A DNA stretch of 64,000 bases from Myxococcota bacterium. Lineage in GTDB: Bacteria > Myxococcota_A > UBA9160 > UBA4427. The notes under the pieces are model-generated. The model did not search any database, was not told where the DNA came from, and worked only from the letters and a program-made list of their open reading frames with translations. The position numbers and the translations under genes are program-made. Position 1 is the stretch's first letter. Every line of letters starts with the position of its first letter. The stretch is from positions 219,822-283,821 of the forward strand of contig JAYZFK010000062.1 of the NCBI GenBank assembly GCA_036336835.1. The letters are read 5' to 3'. Positions 49,137 to 59,208 of the stretch are shown one piece after another.

Positions 49137-50291
49137 ATGACGGACACTGGGAACGAGCTTCCGAAGCTGCTGATCGTCGACGACGAGGAAGCCATCCTCG
49201 AGACGATGGCCCTCACCTTCGACGGCGAGTACCAGGTCGTGACCTCGAACGACGCGCGTCGCGCGCTCGATCTCCTGGCCGATCACGCGCCTGTCGCGGT
49301 CGTGATCACGGATCAGCGGATGCCGGACATGACGGGGTCCGAGTTCCTTGCGAAGGTCTACACCCGCTTTCCGGAGACCTCGCGCATCATCCTCACGGGC
49401 TTTTCGGATATGGCTTCGACCGTCGATGCGATCAACGACGGCCACGTCTACGCCTACGTGAACAAGCCGTGGGAGCCCAACGAGCTCAAGCAGATCGTAC
49501 GCCGCGCCTACGAGCATCACGCACTCACGGTGGAGAATCGGCGCCTGCTCGAGGAGCTACGGCAGTCGAACCAGTTCCTCGAGGCGGTGATCGACCGCCT
49601 CGCCACCGGTGCGCTCGCCGTCGATGCCGACGGTGTCGTGCGTGCGGCGAACCGAGCCGCCCGCGATCTGCTGCGCATGCCCGACGACCCGCGCGGTGTG
49701 CCGATGTCCGAGATGATGACGCGCAAGGGGCTCGAGCCGCTCGCCGACACCGTGCAGCGACTCGTCGACGACGGGGAGGGGCGTTTCGAGGATGCCGAGT
49801 TCCGCGTCGGAGAGGGTGCGAGGCGCGTACGGCTCACACTCGAGACGCTCGAGGACGCTACTGGACGATCCTTTGGCTGGGTGTTCTTGTTTCGCGAAGT
49901 ATCGCACGAGCCTCTGCGCCGCCGCTTCGACGAGATCGTGGTCGATATCGGCAAGAACGAGGGCTCGTTGCGTCCCCGTCTCGAGCTGGCGCTGGGCGAA
50001 ACCGCTGCGCTCACCAAGGACGTCGGCGAGAGCGGGATCATCTCGCCGGGCATGGCGGAGCTGGCAGAGCGGATGCAGCGCGCCCAGACGGCGATCCAGA
50101 GCTGGCTCGACGTCGACGAGCTACTCGCGAGCGAGGACTACCCCGACGCGCAGCCGTTGCGCGATCGCATGAACGTCGCGCTGCGGCGTTGGCCCAGCGG
50201 CGAGCTGATCCCCGAGCGTGTGCAGCAGCTCACCCAGCGGGTCGAGGCCTACTACGAGTCGGGTGAGAACACGAGGGAGCGGGTGCTCTAG
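49137..50291 (+). CDS. Response regulator: REC + PAS + unknown helical C-terminal domain
   Basis: LLIVDDE, TDQRMP, LTG and KPW (intact REC); VDADGVVRAANRAA (PAS); no kinase or HTH output. Confidence 0.85.
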   Translation: MTDTGNELPKLLIVDDEEAILETMALTFDGEYQVVTSNDARRALDLLADHAPVAVVITDQRMPDMTGSEFLAKVYTRFPETSRIILTGFSDMASTVDAINDGHVYAYVNKPWEPNELKQIVRRAYEHHALTVENRRLLEELRQSNQFLEAVIDRLATGALAVDADGVVRAANRAARDLLRMPDDPRGVPMSEMMTRKGLEPLADTVQRLVDDGEGRFEDAEFRVGEGARRVRLTLETLEDATGRSFGWVFLFREVSHEPLRRRFDEIVVDIGKNEGSLRPRLELALGETAALTKDVGESGIISPGMAELAERMQRAQTAIQSWLDVDELLASEDYPDAQPLRDRMNVALRRWPSGELIPERVQQLTQRVEAYYESGENTRERVL

Positions 50292-51958
50292 TGAGCCAGG
50301 GCCAGGCCCGGGGTCTCGACCGTCTCGAGCTGCGAGTCGAGCGGCTGCGGACCGTCCTTCGCTTCACCTATGCCTTCCACGCGCGGGAGGTTCGCTTCGA
50401 GCGCGATGAAGGCGAGGGATTCGACCGCGTCTTTCCCGAGACGTTCTCGTTTCGCGTCGACCGCCACGATCCGACCGAGCTGTTCCTCCAGCTCGACGAC
50501 CTGCTCCAGAAGTCGCGGCTGATCTCGGCGCGCGCGAATCGTCGCGATGCGCGGCAGCTCGTCACCCGTCTGCTCGCCGGCGCGCCGCGGTATCTGGAGA
50601 CGATGCGCGTGCGGCTCGGCGGTGAGGGAGGGCTCTCGGGCGAGTCGCGCGTCCGGCTTCACCAGGACATGGCGCTGCTGTCGCAGATCCTGTTGCGCTT
50701 CATCGAGACGCGCGAACTCGGGGACCAGCGCTCGGTGCGAGTCGCTGGCTTCCTGCTGCGCAAGCTGATGTACCGCTGTCTGTGCGTGGTTCTGCGGGAG
50801 CGCGTTTCCTCCGAGTATGTCGAGGCCTACGTGCGTGGCGAAGTGGATCCGGTTGATCCGAGCGATGACCCGAGCGAGAGCGGCTTCTTCCACGCGCTCG
50901 AGTCCGGGGAGCCGGATCGTGTGCACCGGCTGGTCCTTCGCATGACCGAGCGCGCGTTCCATCTGTGGATCGACGTCTGCCTCGACGAGGCCAATCAGGC
51001 CTTCGAGAAGGAGGACTCGCCATTCGAAGATCGCGAGACCGAGGTGATCGCGGCCATCGCGGGCGAAGAGAGCTCTCGGTGGATCCAGCGCGGCGACGAC
51101 CTGGTGCCCTTCCTGCGCCGCGCGGGTCGCGACAGCCAGCGCATCCACGACAGGCTCGAGGGGTGGTTCCTGCATCAGTACGACATTCGCCACTCCTCGG
51201 CGATCATCCACCACGCCGCTCTGCTCGAGCGAGGCGAGGCGGTGGACGGGCGGACAACGCTCTCCTGGCACACACCACCGATGCACACGGTCGAGCTCGC
51301 AGTACTCGCGGCGCCGTTTCTGCTCGCCGTCTTCTTCTATGACAGTGCCCCGCGTCTGTTCGACTGGTGGTGCAGCGGGGTTGCGCTGATCGTCAACGCC
51401 GCCGCCTTCTGGTACCTGATCTGGAAATTCTGCGTCCGTCGTGACCTGACGTTCTTCCAGTCGTCTGTGCCTCGCATCTTTGCTGGCGTGATCGTCGGCT
51501 ATCTGCCGGTCTTCCTGATCGACGAGGTCTGGGACCTCGCGAGCCGTGATGCGCGCGCTGTCGGAGGGCTGGCACTGTTCTTGGCCCTGGTGACCTTGCT
51601 CTACATCTACCTCGAGGTGCGTCGTCGACTGGGCCAGACCCGGACCGCCTTCACGCGCGCTCGCGCGATTTTCCAGCTCGGCGTGCTCCAGGCCTTCGTG
51701 GCGGGCCTGATCATGACGACGCTCGTGGGCCCGTTCATGGTCGAGCGCAACTGGTCGCCGCCGGGTGGCGCGGAGCTTCCGCTCGATGTGCTACGCGTCA
51801 GCCTCGATCCAATTGTAGGCGAGCTGCCGCGCGTGATCGGGGTCGAGCCCTTGCTGGTCTTCCCAGCGGTGGTTGGACTGATGACGTTCCTGTCCTTCTT
51901 CATCGGGATCTTCCTGCAGTTGATGTGGGAAGACCTGCCGATCACCGAGCCTCTGTAG
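50291..51958 (+). CDS. Hypothetical protein: ~320 aa soluble helical domain + ~6 TM C-terminal domain
   Basis: TAGTG coupling at both ends; hydrophobic segments in the C-terminal 240 aa. Confidence 0.8.
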   Translation: MSQGQARGLDRLELRVERLRTVLRFTYAFHAREVRFERDEGEGFDRVFPETFSFRVDRHDPTELFLQLDDLLQKSRLISARANRRDARQLVTRLLAGAPRYLETMRVRLGGEGGLSGESRVRLHQDMALLSQILLRFIETRELGDQRSVRVAGFLLRKLMYRCLCVVLRERVSSEYVEAYVRGEVDPVDPSDDPSESGFFHALESGEPDRVHRLVLRMTERAFHLWIDVCLDEANQAFEKEDSPFEDRETEVIAAIAGEESSRWIQRGDDLVPFLRRAGRDSQRIHDRLEGWFLHQYDIRHSSAIIHHAALLERGEAVDGRTTLSWHTPPMHTVELAVLAAPFLLAVFFYDSAPRLFDWWCSGVALIVNAAAFWYLIWKFCVRRDLTFFQSSVPRIFAGVIVGYLPVFLIDEVWDLASRDARAVGGLALFLALVTLLYIYLEVRRRLGQTRTAFTRARAIFQLGVLQAFVAGLIMTTLVGPFMVERNWSPPGGAELPLDVLRVSLDPIVGELPRVIGVEPLLVFPAVVGLMTFLSFFIGIFLQLMWEDLPITEPL

Positions 51959-52284
51959 TGCCGACGATCCGTTTCGGAGGCGCCAGCGTCGAGTGTCCGC
52001 TTGGTGCGAATCTACGAATGGTGTTGATCCGAGCGAGGCTGCCGCTGTATACGGCGGCAGCGCGGGCCTTGCACTGTCGAGGACGCGGCGCCTGCGGTAC
52101 CTGCGCGGTCCTTATCGAGGGCCCGGTATCGCCCTTGACGCCCACCGAGCAGCGTCGCCTCGCCCGGCCTCCCCACCGGCCCGAGCGGGGCCTTCGCCTT
52201 GCCTGTCAGGTCCGCGTCGAAGGTGACATCGTGGTGACGAAACATGCGGGATTCTTCGGTCAGCGCGACAGACTGGGAGGCTGA
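51958..52284 (+). CDS. 2Fe-2S ferredoxin
   Basis: C-RGRGA-C-GT-C ... RLACQ; GTG overlaps the upstream TAG. Confidence 0.88.
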   Translation: MPTIRFGGASVECPLGANLRMVLIRARLPLYTAAARALHCRGRGACGTCAVLIEGPVSPLTPTEQRRLARPPHRPERGLRLACQVRVEGDIVVTKHAGFFGQRDRLGG

Positions 52285-52406
52285 AGACTCGCTGAAGGCC
52301 CCGCTGCCAGAGTGGGACGGCCGTCCTACCATCGGAGGCCACCTGGAGCCGCCCAGGACAGCGAAAACGGCTGGAGCACAGCGCGCCCGGCACGGAGAGG
52401 AAGCAG

Positions 52407-53348
52407 ATGGAGACCGAGCACACCAAGGTGCTCATCATCGGCAGTGGGCCGGCGGGCTATACCGCCGCGATCTACGCCGCGCGCGCCGAGCTGGCGCCAG
52501 TCATGCTGGCGGGTTTGCAGTTCGGTGGTCAGCTCATGATCACGACCGACGTCGAGAACTACCCCGGCTTTCCGGAGAGCGTGACGGGCCCTGGGATGAT
52601 GGAAATGTTCCAGCAGCAGGCCGAGCGCTTCGGCACGCGAGTGCTGCTCGAGGATGCGACCGAAGTCGACTTCGGTCAACGGCCGTTCGTGGCGGAGACC
52701 GAGAGCAAGCGCTTCACCGCGGACGCGGTGGTGGTGGCGACGGGTGCTTCGGCGCGCTGGCTCGGGCTCGATAGCGAGCAGCGGCTGGTGAACAACGGTG
52801 TCAGCGCCTGCGCCACCTGCGACGGCGCGCTGTTCCGCGGCAAGTCGATGGCCGTGATCGGTGGCGGAGACACGGCGATGGAAGAGGCACTGTTCCTGAC
52901 CCGCTTCGCCACCCGCGTGACGATCGTGCACCGCCGCGATGAGCTGCGGGCCTCGAAGATCATGCAGGAGCGCGTCTTCAAGAACGAGAAGGTCGAGCTT
53001 GCCTGGAACTCGCTGGTCGACGAGATCCTCGGGACGCAAGAGGATGGCGTCACGGGAATCCGGCTCCGGGATGTTCGGACGGGCGAAAAGCGCGAACTCG
53101 ATGTGGGTGCGGTATTCGTCGCGATCGGCCACCAGCCGAACACCGGCCTCTTCGACGGCGTACTCGACACCGACGCCGCTGGCTATCTGAAGGTGCGGCC
53201 CGGATCGACCTACACGTCGGTCGAAGGTGTCTTTGCGTGCGGCGATGTCGCCGATCCGACCTATCGTCAGGCGGTGACGGCCGCTGGAACCGGCTGCATG
53301 GCAGCGATAGACGCGGAGCGCTGGCTCGCGGAACTTGGAATCGAGTGA
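52407..53348 (+). CDS. trxB: Thioredoxin-disulfide reductase
   Basis: GSGPAGYTAA, CATCDG, GGGDTA and HRRD motifs. Confidence 0.97.
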   Translation: METEHTKVLIIGSGPAGYTAAIYAARAELAPVMLAGLQFGGQLMITTDVENYPGFPESVTGPGMMEMFQQQAERFGTRVLLEDATEVDFGQRPFVAETESKRFTADAVVVATGASARWLGLDSEQRLVNNGVSACATCDGALFRGKSMAVIGGGDTAMEEALFLTRFATRVTIVHRRDELRASKIMQERVFKNEKVELAWNSLVDEILGTQEDGVTGIRLRDVRTGEKRELDVGAVFVAIGHQPNTGLFDGVLDTDAAGYLKVRPGSTYTSVEGVFACGDVADPTYRQAVTAAGTGCMAAIDAERWLAELGIE

Positions 53349-53390
53349 TCGCATCGTAGTAGCGATGGGACCGAAACGAGGCTCGGCCAC

Positions 53391-54452
53391 ATGGCATTGT
53401 CGCGCGAGCGCCTACAGCAGCTGATCGATCGGTCTACCGATATCGTTGTCGGGACCGACGGCAAGGGGACGGTTGTCTACTACAACGACGGCGCGACAAG
53501 GATCCTCGGCTACAAGTCCGAGGAGATCATGAACGAGTTCGTCGGTCGTCTGTACCCGAGCGTCGATGAAGCCAAGCGCGTGATGGAGGCGATGCGAAGT
53601 CCGGACCACGGGGGTGTCGGCTACGTCGAGACCTTCGAGACCGAGTTCCTGGCCAAGAGCGGTGCGCGCGTTCCTGTCGCGATCTCTGCCACGCTGATCT
53701 CCGACGAGGAGGGCCGCGAGAACGGAACGATCGGGTTTGCCAAGGATCTGCGTGACATCCTGCACCGCGAGGGTCTCGCGCGGCTCGGCGAGGCCGCCGT
53801 CGGCTTGTCCCACGAGATCAACAACTCGCTGGCCGTCATCACGAACCAGGTCGAGCTGCTCGATCTCGAGATCGAGCGGCTGGCCGGCGACCGCGACTCG
53901 TCCGTCGAGTGCGAACGTCTCGACGCGGTTAGCCGTGAGGTTGCGCGCATCTCCGAGATCCTTGCGCGCTTCGGCGAGATGGTGCGCGCTGACGAGGTCG
54001 AGACGGTGACCTACGTCGGACCGACGAAGATGGTCGACCTGAGCAGCCGGCAACGCGGTGAGAAGGACGAGCGTCTGGCCGGCTTGCGCATGCTGATCGT
54101 CGATGACGACGACGGCATTTGCCGCACCTTGCAGGAGATCCTCGAGGTCGGCGGCTGTGAGGTCGAGACCGCGCCCGACGGCGCCGAGGCGCTGATCCGG
54201 ATCCAGCGGAGCAAGTTCGACCTCGTGCTCTCCGACGTGGTGATGCCCAATATGGACGGCCACGAGCTGTACCAGGCGATCAAGCGCGACCATCCGGCTC
54301 TTCCGATCTTGTTGATGACCGCCTTCCACCACGACAAGGACCACATCATCAAGCGAAGCCGAATGCAGGGTCTCGAGGGCGTGGTCTTCAAGAAGCCCGT
54401 CGACCCCGCGAAGCTTCGCGACGCCATCGCCGCGGCGGCGGGCCGCAGCTGA
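53391..54452 (+). CDS. PAS-HisKA(DHp)-REC protein lacking an HATPase domain
   Basis: N-terminal PAS (YYNDGA..ILGY); H-box LSHEINNSL; REC IVDDD/SDVVMP/TA/KP directly after the DHp helices. Confidence 0.82.
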   Translation: MALSRERLQQLIDRSTDIVVGTDGKGTVVYYNDGATRILGYKSEEIMNEFVGRLYPSVDEAKRVMEAMRSPDHGGVGYVETFETEFLAKSGARVPVAISATLISDEEGRENGTIGFAKDLRDILHREGLARLGEAAVGLSHEINNSLAVITNQVELLDLEIERLAGDRDSSVECERLDAVSREVARISEILARFGEMVRADEVETVTYVGPTKMVDLSSRQRGEKDERLAGLRMLIVDDDDGICRTLQEILEVGGCEVETAPDGAEALIRIQRSKFDLVLSDVVMPNMDGHELYQAIKRDHPALPILLMTAFHHDKDHIIKRSRMQGLEGVVFKKPVDPAKLRDAIAAAAGRS

Positions 54453-54508
54453 GCGGTCGTCCGAGGCTTTTCCAGAGTGCCGAGGCGCCAGGCGAGCGGT
54501 GCGGCCGG

Positions 54509-55258
54509 TTACCGGGAAGTCCTCGGCGGCGCGGGTGTTCGCGCCAGGGCTAGCGCGGCGATCTCTCGGACTCCGGCGCTGCGCAGCACTTTCGCGCAGG
54601 CCTCGAGCGTCGCACCCGTCGTAACGACGTCGTCCACCAGCCACGCTCGGCCGTAGCCCGGGCGAGATGTTTCGAACGCCCCGCGTACGTTGCGGCGACG
54701 CGCTCGGCGGTCGAGACCGGTCTGGCTCGGCGTGTCCCGCGTGCGGCGTAACAAGCGCAGATCGAGCTTCGCACCGGTGCCACGCGCGACGTCGCGTGCG
54801 GCGAGCGCCGCCGGATTGAAGCCGCGCTGCGCGAGGCGCCGCGGGTGAAGCGGAACGGCGACGACGAGATCGGGGGCGGCGCCTGGCACGCGACTAGCGG
54901 CTGCCCGCGCGAGTAGTCCCGCGACGCCGAGCGCCGTCGGGTCGAGTCCGCGCAGCCCGGGCTCGGGATATTTGAAGCGGCGAATCCAGTGCAGGACCTC
55001 CCCCTCGTAGTAGACGGCCGCCGTGCAGCTCGTGAGCAGCGGTCGGCGAGCGCGGCAGCGCTGGCAGACGTCCGATCCCCGAAGCGGTCCGCGCTGCTGG
55101 CAGCGCATGCACAGCCCGGACTCGATCCAGGGAAGCGCCGCGCGGCAGCTCTCACACAGCGCTGCGTCGCGTGTGTCTCGGGGCAGCAACCAGCGCTCGC
55201 AGCGGCAGCACTGCGGCGGAAACAACAGATCGAACAAACCGTCGAGCAGCGCGCGCAC
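54509..55258 (-). CDS. comF: ComF family protein (Zn ribbon + PRTase)
   Basis: Multiple CxxC; VPLH..R...RGFN and VDDVVTTGATL motifs. Confidence 0.92.
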   Translation of the reverse strand: MRALLDGLFDLLFPPQCCRCERWLLPRDTRDAALCESCRAALPWIESGLCMRCQQRGPLRGSDVCQRCRARRPLLTSCTAAVYYEGEVLHWIRRFKYPEPGLRGLDPTALGVAGLLARAAASRVPGAAPDLVVAVPLHPRRLAQRGFNPAALAARDVARGTGAKLDLRLLRRTRDTPSQTGLDRRARRRNVRGAFETSRPGYGRAWLVDDVVTTGATLEACAKVLRSAGVREIAALALARTPAPPRTSR

Positions 55259-55295
55259 GGCGCACCTCCCCGGGACCGGGGCAGGCGGGTGTTGG

Positions 55296-56831
55296 CTAGG
55301 CGTCGACCACGAGTGAGCGGCCGGTCATCTCGTCGGGTATGGGCAGGCCCATCAATGCGAGCACGGTCGGGGCGAGGTCGGCCAGGCCGCCGTCGATGAT
55401 CGTTCGCCCGGCGGGATCGCGTGTCGCCCAGTAGATGGGTACGGGGTTGGTGGTGTGGGCGGTGTGGGGCTCTCCGGTCTCGGGATCGACCATCAGCTCA
55501 CAGTTGCCGTGGTCGGCGGTGATCAGCAGCTGTCCCCCGGCCTCGAGCACGGCTGCGCACAGCCGATCGAGACAGCGATCGATCGCCTCGACGGCTTTCA
55601 CAGCGGCGTCGAGCATGCCGGTGTGGCCGACCATGTCGGGGTTCGCGTAGTTGATGAGCACGAAGTCGTACTCGTGCTCGGCGAGCCGAGCGATCAGGGT
55701 CTCGGTGACCTGCAAGGCGCTCATTTCGGGCTTGTGATCGTAGGTCGCGACGTCGCGCGGCGACGGAATCAGCACGCGATCCTCGCCGGGGAACGGCTCC
55801 TCGATGCCCCCGTTGAAGAAGAAGGTGACGTGCGCGTACTTCTCGGTCTCGGCGGTTCGCAGCTGCTCGAGCCCGCGCTGAGCCAGCACCTCGCCCAGGA
55901 TCTGGCGCTGGATCCGCGGCGGAAAGGCGACCGGCAGCTCGAACTGGGCGTCGTACTCGGTCAGGCAGACACAGGTTGCGAGCGTTGGAACCGAGTCGCG
56001 CACGAGTTCGCCGTGAAATTTCTCGGGCATGGCACTGGACAGCGCATTGCTGATCTCACGCGCACGGTCCGCGCGGAAGTTGAAGAACAGCACGCCGTCG
56101 TCGTCCTGGATCGCGCGCCCGCCGTCGATCACCGAGGGTGCGACGAACTCGTCGGTTTCGCCGCGAGCGTAGGCGTCATCGATGGCTGCCAGGGCGTCGG
56201 CGGCTGTCTCTCCCTGTCGCCCGACCAGCGCGCGATAAGCGAGGCCGATCCGATCCCAGCGGTTGTCGCGGTCCATCGCGTAGTAGCGGCCGATGACGGT
56301 CGCGATATGTGCGCCGGCTGCTTCGACGTGTGGCACCAGCTTCCCGACATAGTCTCGGCCGGAGGTCGGCGGCGTGTCACGACCGTCGAGCAGCGCGTGC
56401 ACGGCAGTCGAGATGCCACGCCGGCCGCAAGCCTCGAGCATTGCGTACAGGTGCTGCTGGTGGGAGTGGACGCCTCCGTCCGACACCAGGCCGATCAGGT
56501 GCAGGTAGCCGCCGCTCTCCGACACCGCGTCGAGGCAGCCGCGCAGCACCTCGTTCGACTCCATCGCGCCCGCGGTCAGCGCCTTCGAGATGAGCGTCAT
56601 TTCCTGTTCGAAGATACGGCCGGCGCCCATCGTCATGTGCCCGACTTCGGAGTTGCCCATCTGACCGGGGGGCAGGCCCACGGCTTCGCCCGAGGTCTCG
56701 AGCTTTGCGGTCGGAAAGCGTGCCGCGGCGTCGGCGAAGAATGGACCCTGAGCCTGTGCGGTCGCGTCACTCTCCCCCTCGTCCCCGAGCCCGAAGCCGT
56801 CGAGCACGACCAGCACCACCGGCCCGCTCAT
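55296..56831 (-). CDS. gpmI: 2,3-bisphosphoglycerate-independent phosphoglycerate mutase
   Basis: LDGFG, GQMGNSEVGH, AETEKYAHVT, NPDMVGHTG and TADHGN motifs. Confidence 0.97.
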   Translation of the reverse strand: MSGPVVLVVLDGFGLGDEGESDATAQAQGPFFADAAARFPTAKLETSGEAVGLPPGQMGNSEVGHMTMGAGRIFEQEMTLISKALTAGAMESNEVLRGCLDAVSESGGYLHLIGLVSDGGVHSHQQHLYAMLEACGRRGISTAVHALLDGRDTPPTSGRDYVGKLVPHVEAAGAHIATVIGRYYAMDRDNRWDRIGLAYRALVGRQGETAADALAAIDDAYARGETDEFVAPSVIDGGRAIQDDDGVLFFNFRADRAREISNALSSAMPEKFHGELVRDSVPTLATCVCLTEYDAQFELPVAFPPRIQRQILGEVLAQRGLEQLRTAETEKYAHVTFFFNGGIEEPFPGEDRVLIPSPRDVATYDHKPEMSALQVTETLIARLAEHEYDFVLINYANPDMVGHTGMLDAAVKAVEAIDRCLDRLCAAVLEAGGQLLITADHGNCELMVDPETGEPHTAHTTNPVPIYWATRDPAGRTIIDGGLADLAPTVLALMGLPIPDEMTGRSLVVDA

Positions 56832-57226
56832 TGTGCGCTCCCGCCGCTCGCTCCGGCGGCCGCTATTTCGGGCAGGGGGAGCTCGATCGGTGCGGCGTCG
56901 CGCCACAGTCTCTCGAGGTCGTAGTGCTCGCGGGCCTCGGGTACGAACACGTGGCAGATGACGTCGTTACAGTCGATCAGCACCCAGTGGCCCTCGTCGA
57001 GGCCTTCGACGCCGAGCGGAGGATCGCCTGCCTGCTTGAGCGTCTTCACGACCTCCTCGGCGATCGCACGCACCTGCCGGTTCGACTGCCCGCCGACGAT
57101 CACGAAGGCCTCGGTGAACGATGTCAGCTCGCTCACGTCGAGTGCGACCGGGCGATCGGCCTTGCGGTCGAGCGCGGACCGTGCGATGCGGCGCGCTTTG
57201 TCCTGGCTTCCCGTATCTCGCGTCAC
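56828..57226 (-). CDS. rsfS: Ribosome silencing factor
   Basis: DRKA, SNRQVRAI, WVLID and HVF..EAREHYDLERLW motifs. Confidence 0.93.
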   Translation of the reverse strand: MTRDTGSQDKARRIARSALDRKADRPVALDVSELTSFTEAFVIVGGQSNRQVRAIAEEVVKTLKQAGDPPLGVEGLDEGHWVLIDCNDVICHVFVPEAREHYDLERLWRDAAPIELPLPEIAAAGASGGSAQ

Positions 57227-57924
57227 TGCCGCGCACTCGTCTGCATCGTCCCCCGGCTGGCGTAGGCGTTGCTCTTCTCGATCGACTCCCTCACGACTTC
57301 CGGAACCAGGTAGCGGAGCGAGCGACCCGCGCGAACGCGCGCTCGCAGATCCGTCGCCGATACGTCGAGCGCCGTGATGCCCACGAGCTCGATCCGGGTT
57401 CCGGCGTTGCGGTGATTGGCAGCAAGACCGTCCGGCTCGAGCTCGACGTCTTCGCGGACGCACTCGGGAAGCCACTCTCGCAGGCTCCCCGTCTGGACGG
57501 GCGGCCGGGTGGTCACCGCGAAGTTCGCGAGCGTGAGAAGTCGTCGCGGCTCGCGCCAGCCTCCCATCTCCTGGAAGGCATCGCGGCCCAGGATGAAGAG
57601 CAGTCGATCGCGTCCGAGCGCCAGCTCGCGTCCGAGCGCCTCCAGGGTGTCGACCAGGTACGACGGGCCCGCTCGCTCGACTTCGAGCATCGACAGCTCG
57701 AAGCGAGTGTTGCAGGCGATCGCGCTACGCACCCACGCCAGTCGCTCGGCAGCGGGGGCGATCGGATCGGCTGCGTCGTCGCTGTGCTTGTGCGGAGGCT
57801 GGCCGCTCGGGACGAACACGACACGCTCGAGCTCGAGCCGCTCGGCGACTTCCTCTGCTGCGCGCAGGTGTCCGAGATGGATCGGGTTGAAGGTACCGCC
57901 GTAGATGCCGACGCGTGCGCTCAT
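57223..57924 (-). CDS. nadD: Nicotinate-nucleotide adenylyltransferase
   Basis: GGTFNPIHLGH, PPHK and SATDLR motifs. Confidence 0.95.
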   Translation of the reverse strand: MSARVGIYGGTFNPIHLGHLRAAEEVAERLELERVVFVPSGQPPHKHSDDAADPIAPAAERLAWVRSAIACNTRFELSMLEVERAGPSYLVDTLEALGRELALGRDRLLFILGRDAFQEMGGWREPRRLLTLANFAVTTRPPVQTGSLREWLPECVREDVELEPDGLAANHRNAGTRIELVGITALDVSATDLRARVRAGRSLRYLVPEVVRESIEKSNAYASRGTMQTSARQ

Positions 57925-59195
57925 TCGCGCAGCTGACCGTCCCCGTACAAGACGAACTTGCGCGTCGTGAGGCCCTCGAGACCCATCGGTCCGTAGGCGT
58001 GGATGCGTGAATTGCTGACGCCGATCTCGGCGCCGAGGCCGAGCCGGAAGCCGTCGGAAAACGCCGTCGAGCAGTTGATGCCCACTGTCGACGAGTTGAC
58101 CCGGCGCAGCCACGCCTGCCCGGCGGCGTAGTCGCGGGTCACGATCATGTCCGTGTGGTTCGAGCCGTAGCGGCGGATGTGCCCAATCGCGTCTTCCATC
58201 GAGTCGACGACCTTCACTGCGAGGATCGGCGCCAGGAACTCGGCGGGCCAGTCCTCGTCTGCCGCGGGCCGAGCCTCGACGAAGATCTCACAGGTGCGCG
58301 CGCAGCCGCGGATCTCGACGCCCTCCTCGTGCAGCGGCTTGAGCACGTGCTGAAGGGTTCGCTCGGCCGCGTCGGCGTGGCACAGTAGAGTCTCGAGGCC
58401 GTTGCACACTGCCATCTGCCGGATCTTCGAGTCGCGCACGATATCGCGAGCCATGTCCGGGTCGGCGCTAGCGTCGATGTAGACGTGGCAGATGCCGGCG
58501 TCGTGCATGATCACCGGAATCCGCGAGTGCTCGGTCACGTGACGGATCAGGCCCGGGCCGCCGCGCGGAATGATCAGGTCGACATAGCGATCTTGCTTCA
58601 AGAGGGCATCGATCGCGGCCCGGTCGGTGGTCGAGACGATCGCGACGGCGTCCGCGGGAAGCCCGACGTCGACGGCGGCCGCTCGTAGCTCCTCGCCCAG
58701 CGCGAGGTTGCTGTAGATGGCCTCGGATCCACCGCGCAGGATTACGGCGTTGCCGGCCTTTACGCACAGCACAGCGGCGTCGACGGTCACGTTGGGACGC
58801 GACTCGTAGATGATGCCGATCACGCCGAGCGGGATGCGCATCCGCCCGACACGCAAGCCGTTGGGGCGGACCTTCATGTCGCTGATCTCGCCGACTGGAT
58901 CGGGCAGTGCGATGACGTCTCGCACGCCCCGTAGCATGTCGGCCCACTTGTCTTCGCTGAACGCAAGGCGGTTGACCAGAGGTGTCGGGACACCCTTCTC
59001 CTCGGCCTCGCGCAGATCGTGGGCGTTCGCTTCGGCAATGCGCTCGCGCGCTGCTTCGAGCCGCTCGACCACACGCTCCAGCCAGGCGTCCTTGTCGCGC
59101 GCACCGAGCTCGGCGAGCACATCGCTCGCGGCCTCGGCTCGCCGGGCGATGTCGCGGATCTGTCGTTCTAGCTCTTCGCTCATGGTGTCGCTCAC
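57921..59195 (-). CDS. proA: Glutamate-5-semialdehyde dehydrogenase
   Basis: PLGVIGIIYESRPNVT, IPRGG, CNGLET and DGFRLGLGAEIG motifs. Confidence 0.96.
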   Translation of the reverse strand: MSDTMSEELERQIRDIARRAEAASDVLAELGARDKDAWLERVVERLEAARERIAEANAHDLREAEEKGVPTPLVNRLAFSEDKWADMLRGVRDVIALPDPVGEISDMKVRPNGLRVGRMRIPLGVIGIIYESRPNVTVDAAVLCVKAGNAVILRGGSEAIYSNLALGEELRAAAVDVGLPADAVAIVSTTDRAAIDALLKQDRYVDLIIPRGGPGLIRHVTEHSRIPVIMHDAGICHVYIDASADPDMARDIVRDSKIRQMAVCNGLETLLCHADAAERTLQHVLKPLHEEGVEIRGCARTCEIFVEARPAADEDWPAEFLAPILAVKVVDSMEDAIGHIRRYGSNHTDMIVTRDYAAGQAWLRRVNSSTVGINCSTAFSDGFRLGLGAEIGVSNSRIHAYGPMGLEGLTTRKFVLYGDGQLRE

Positions 59196-59208
59196 GGCGG
59201 GCCGGGCG

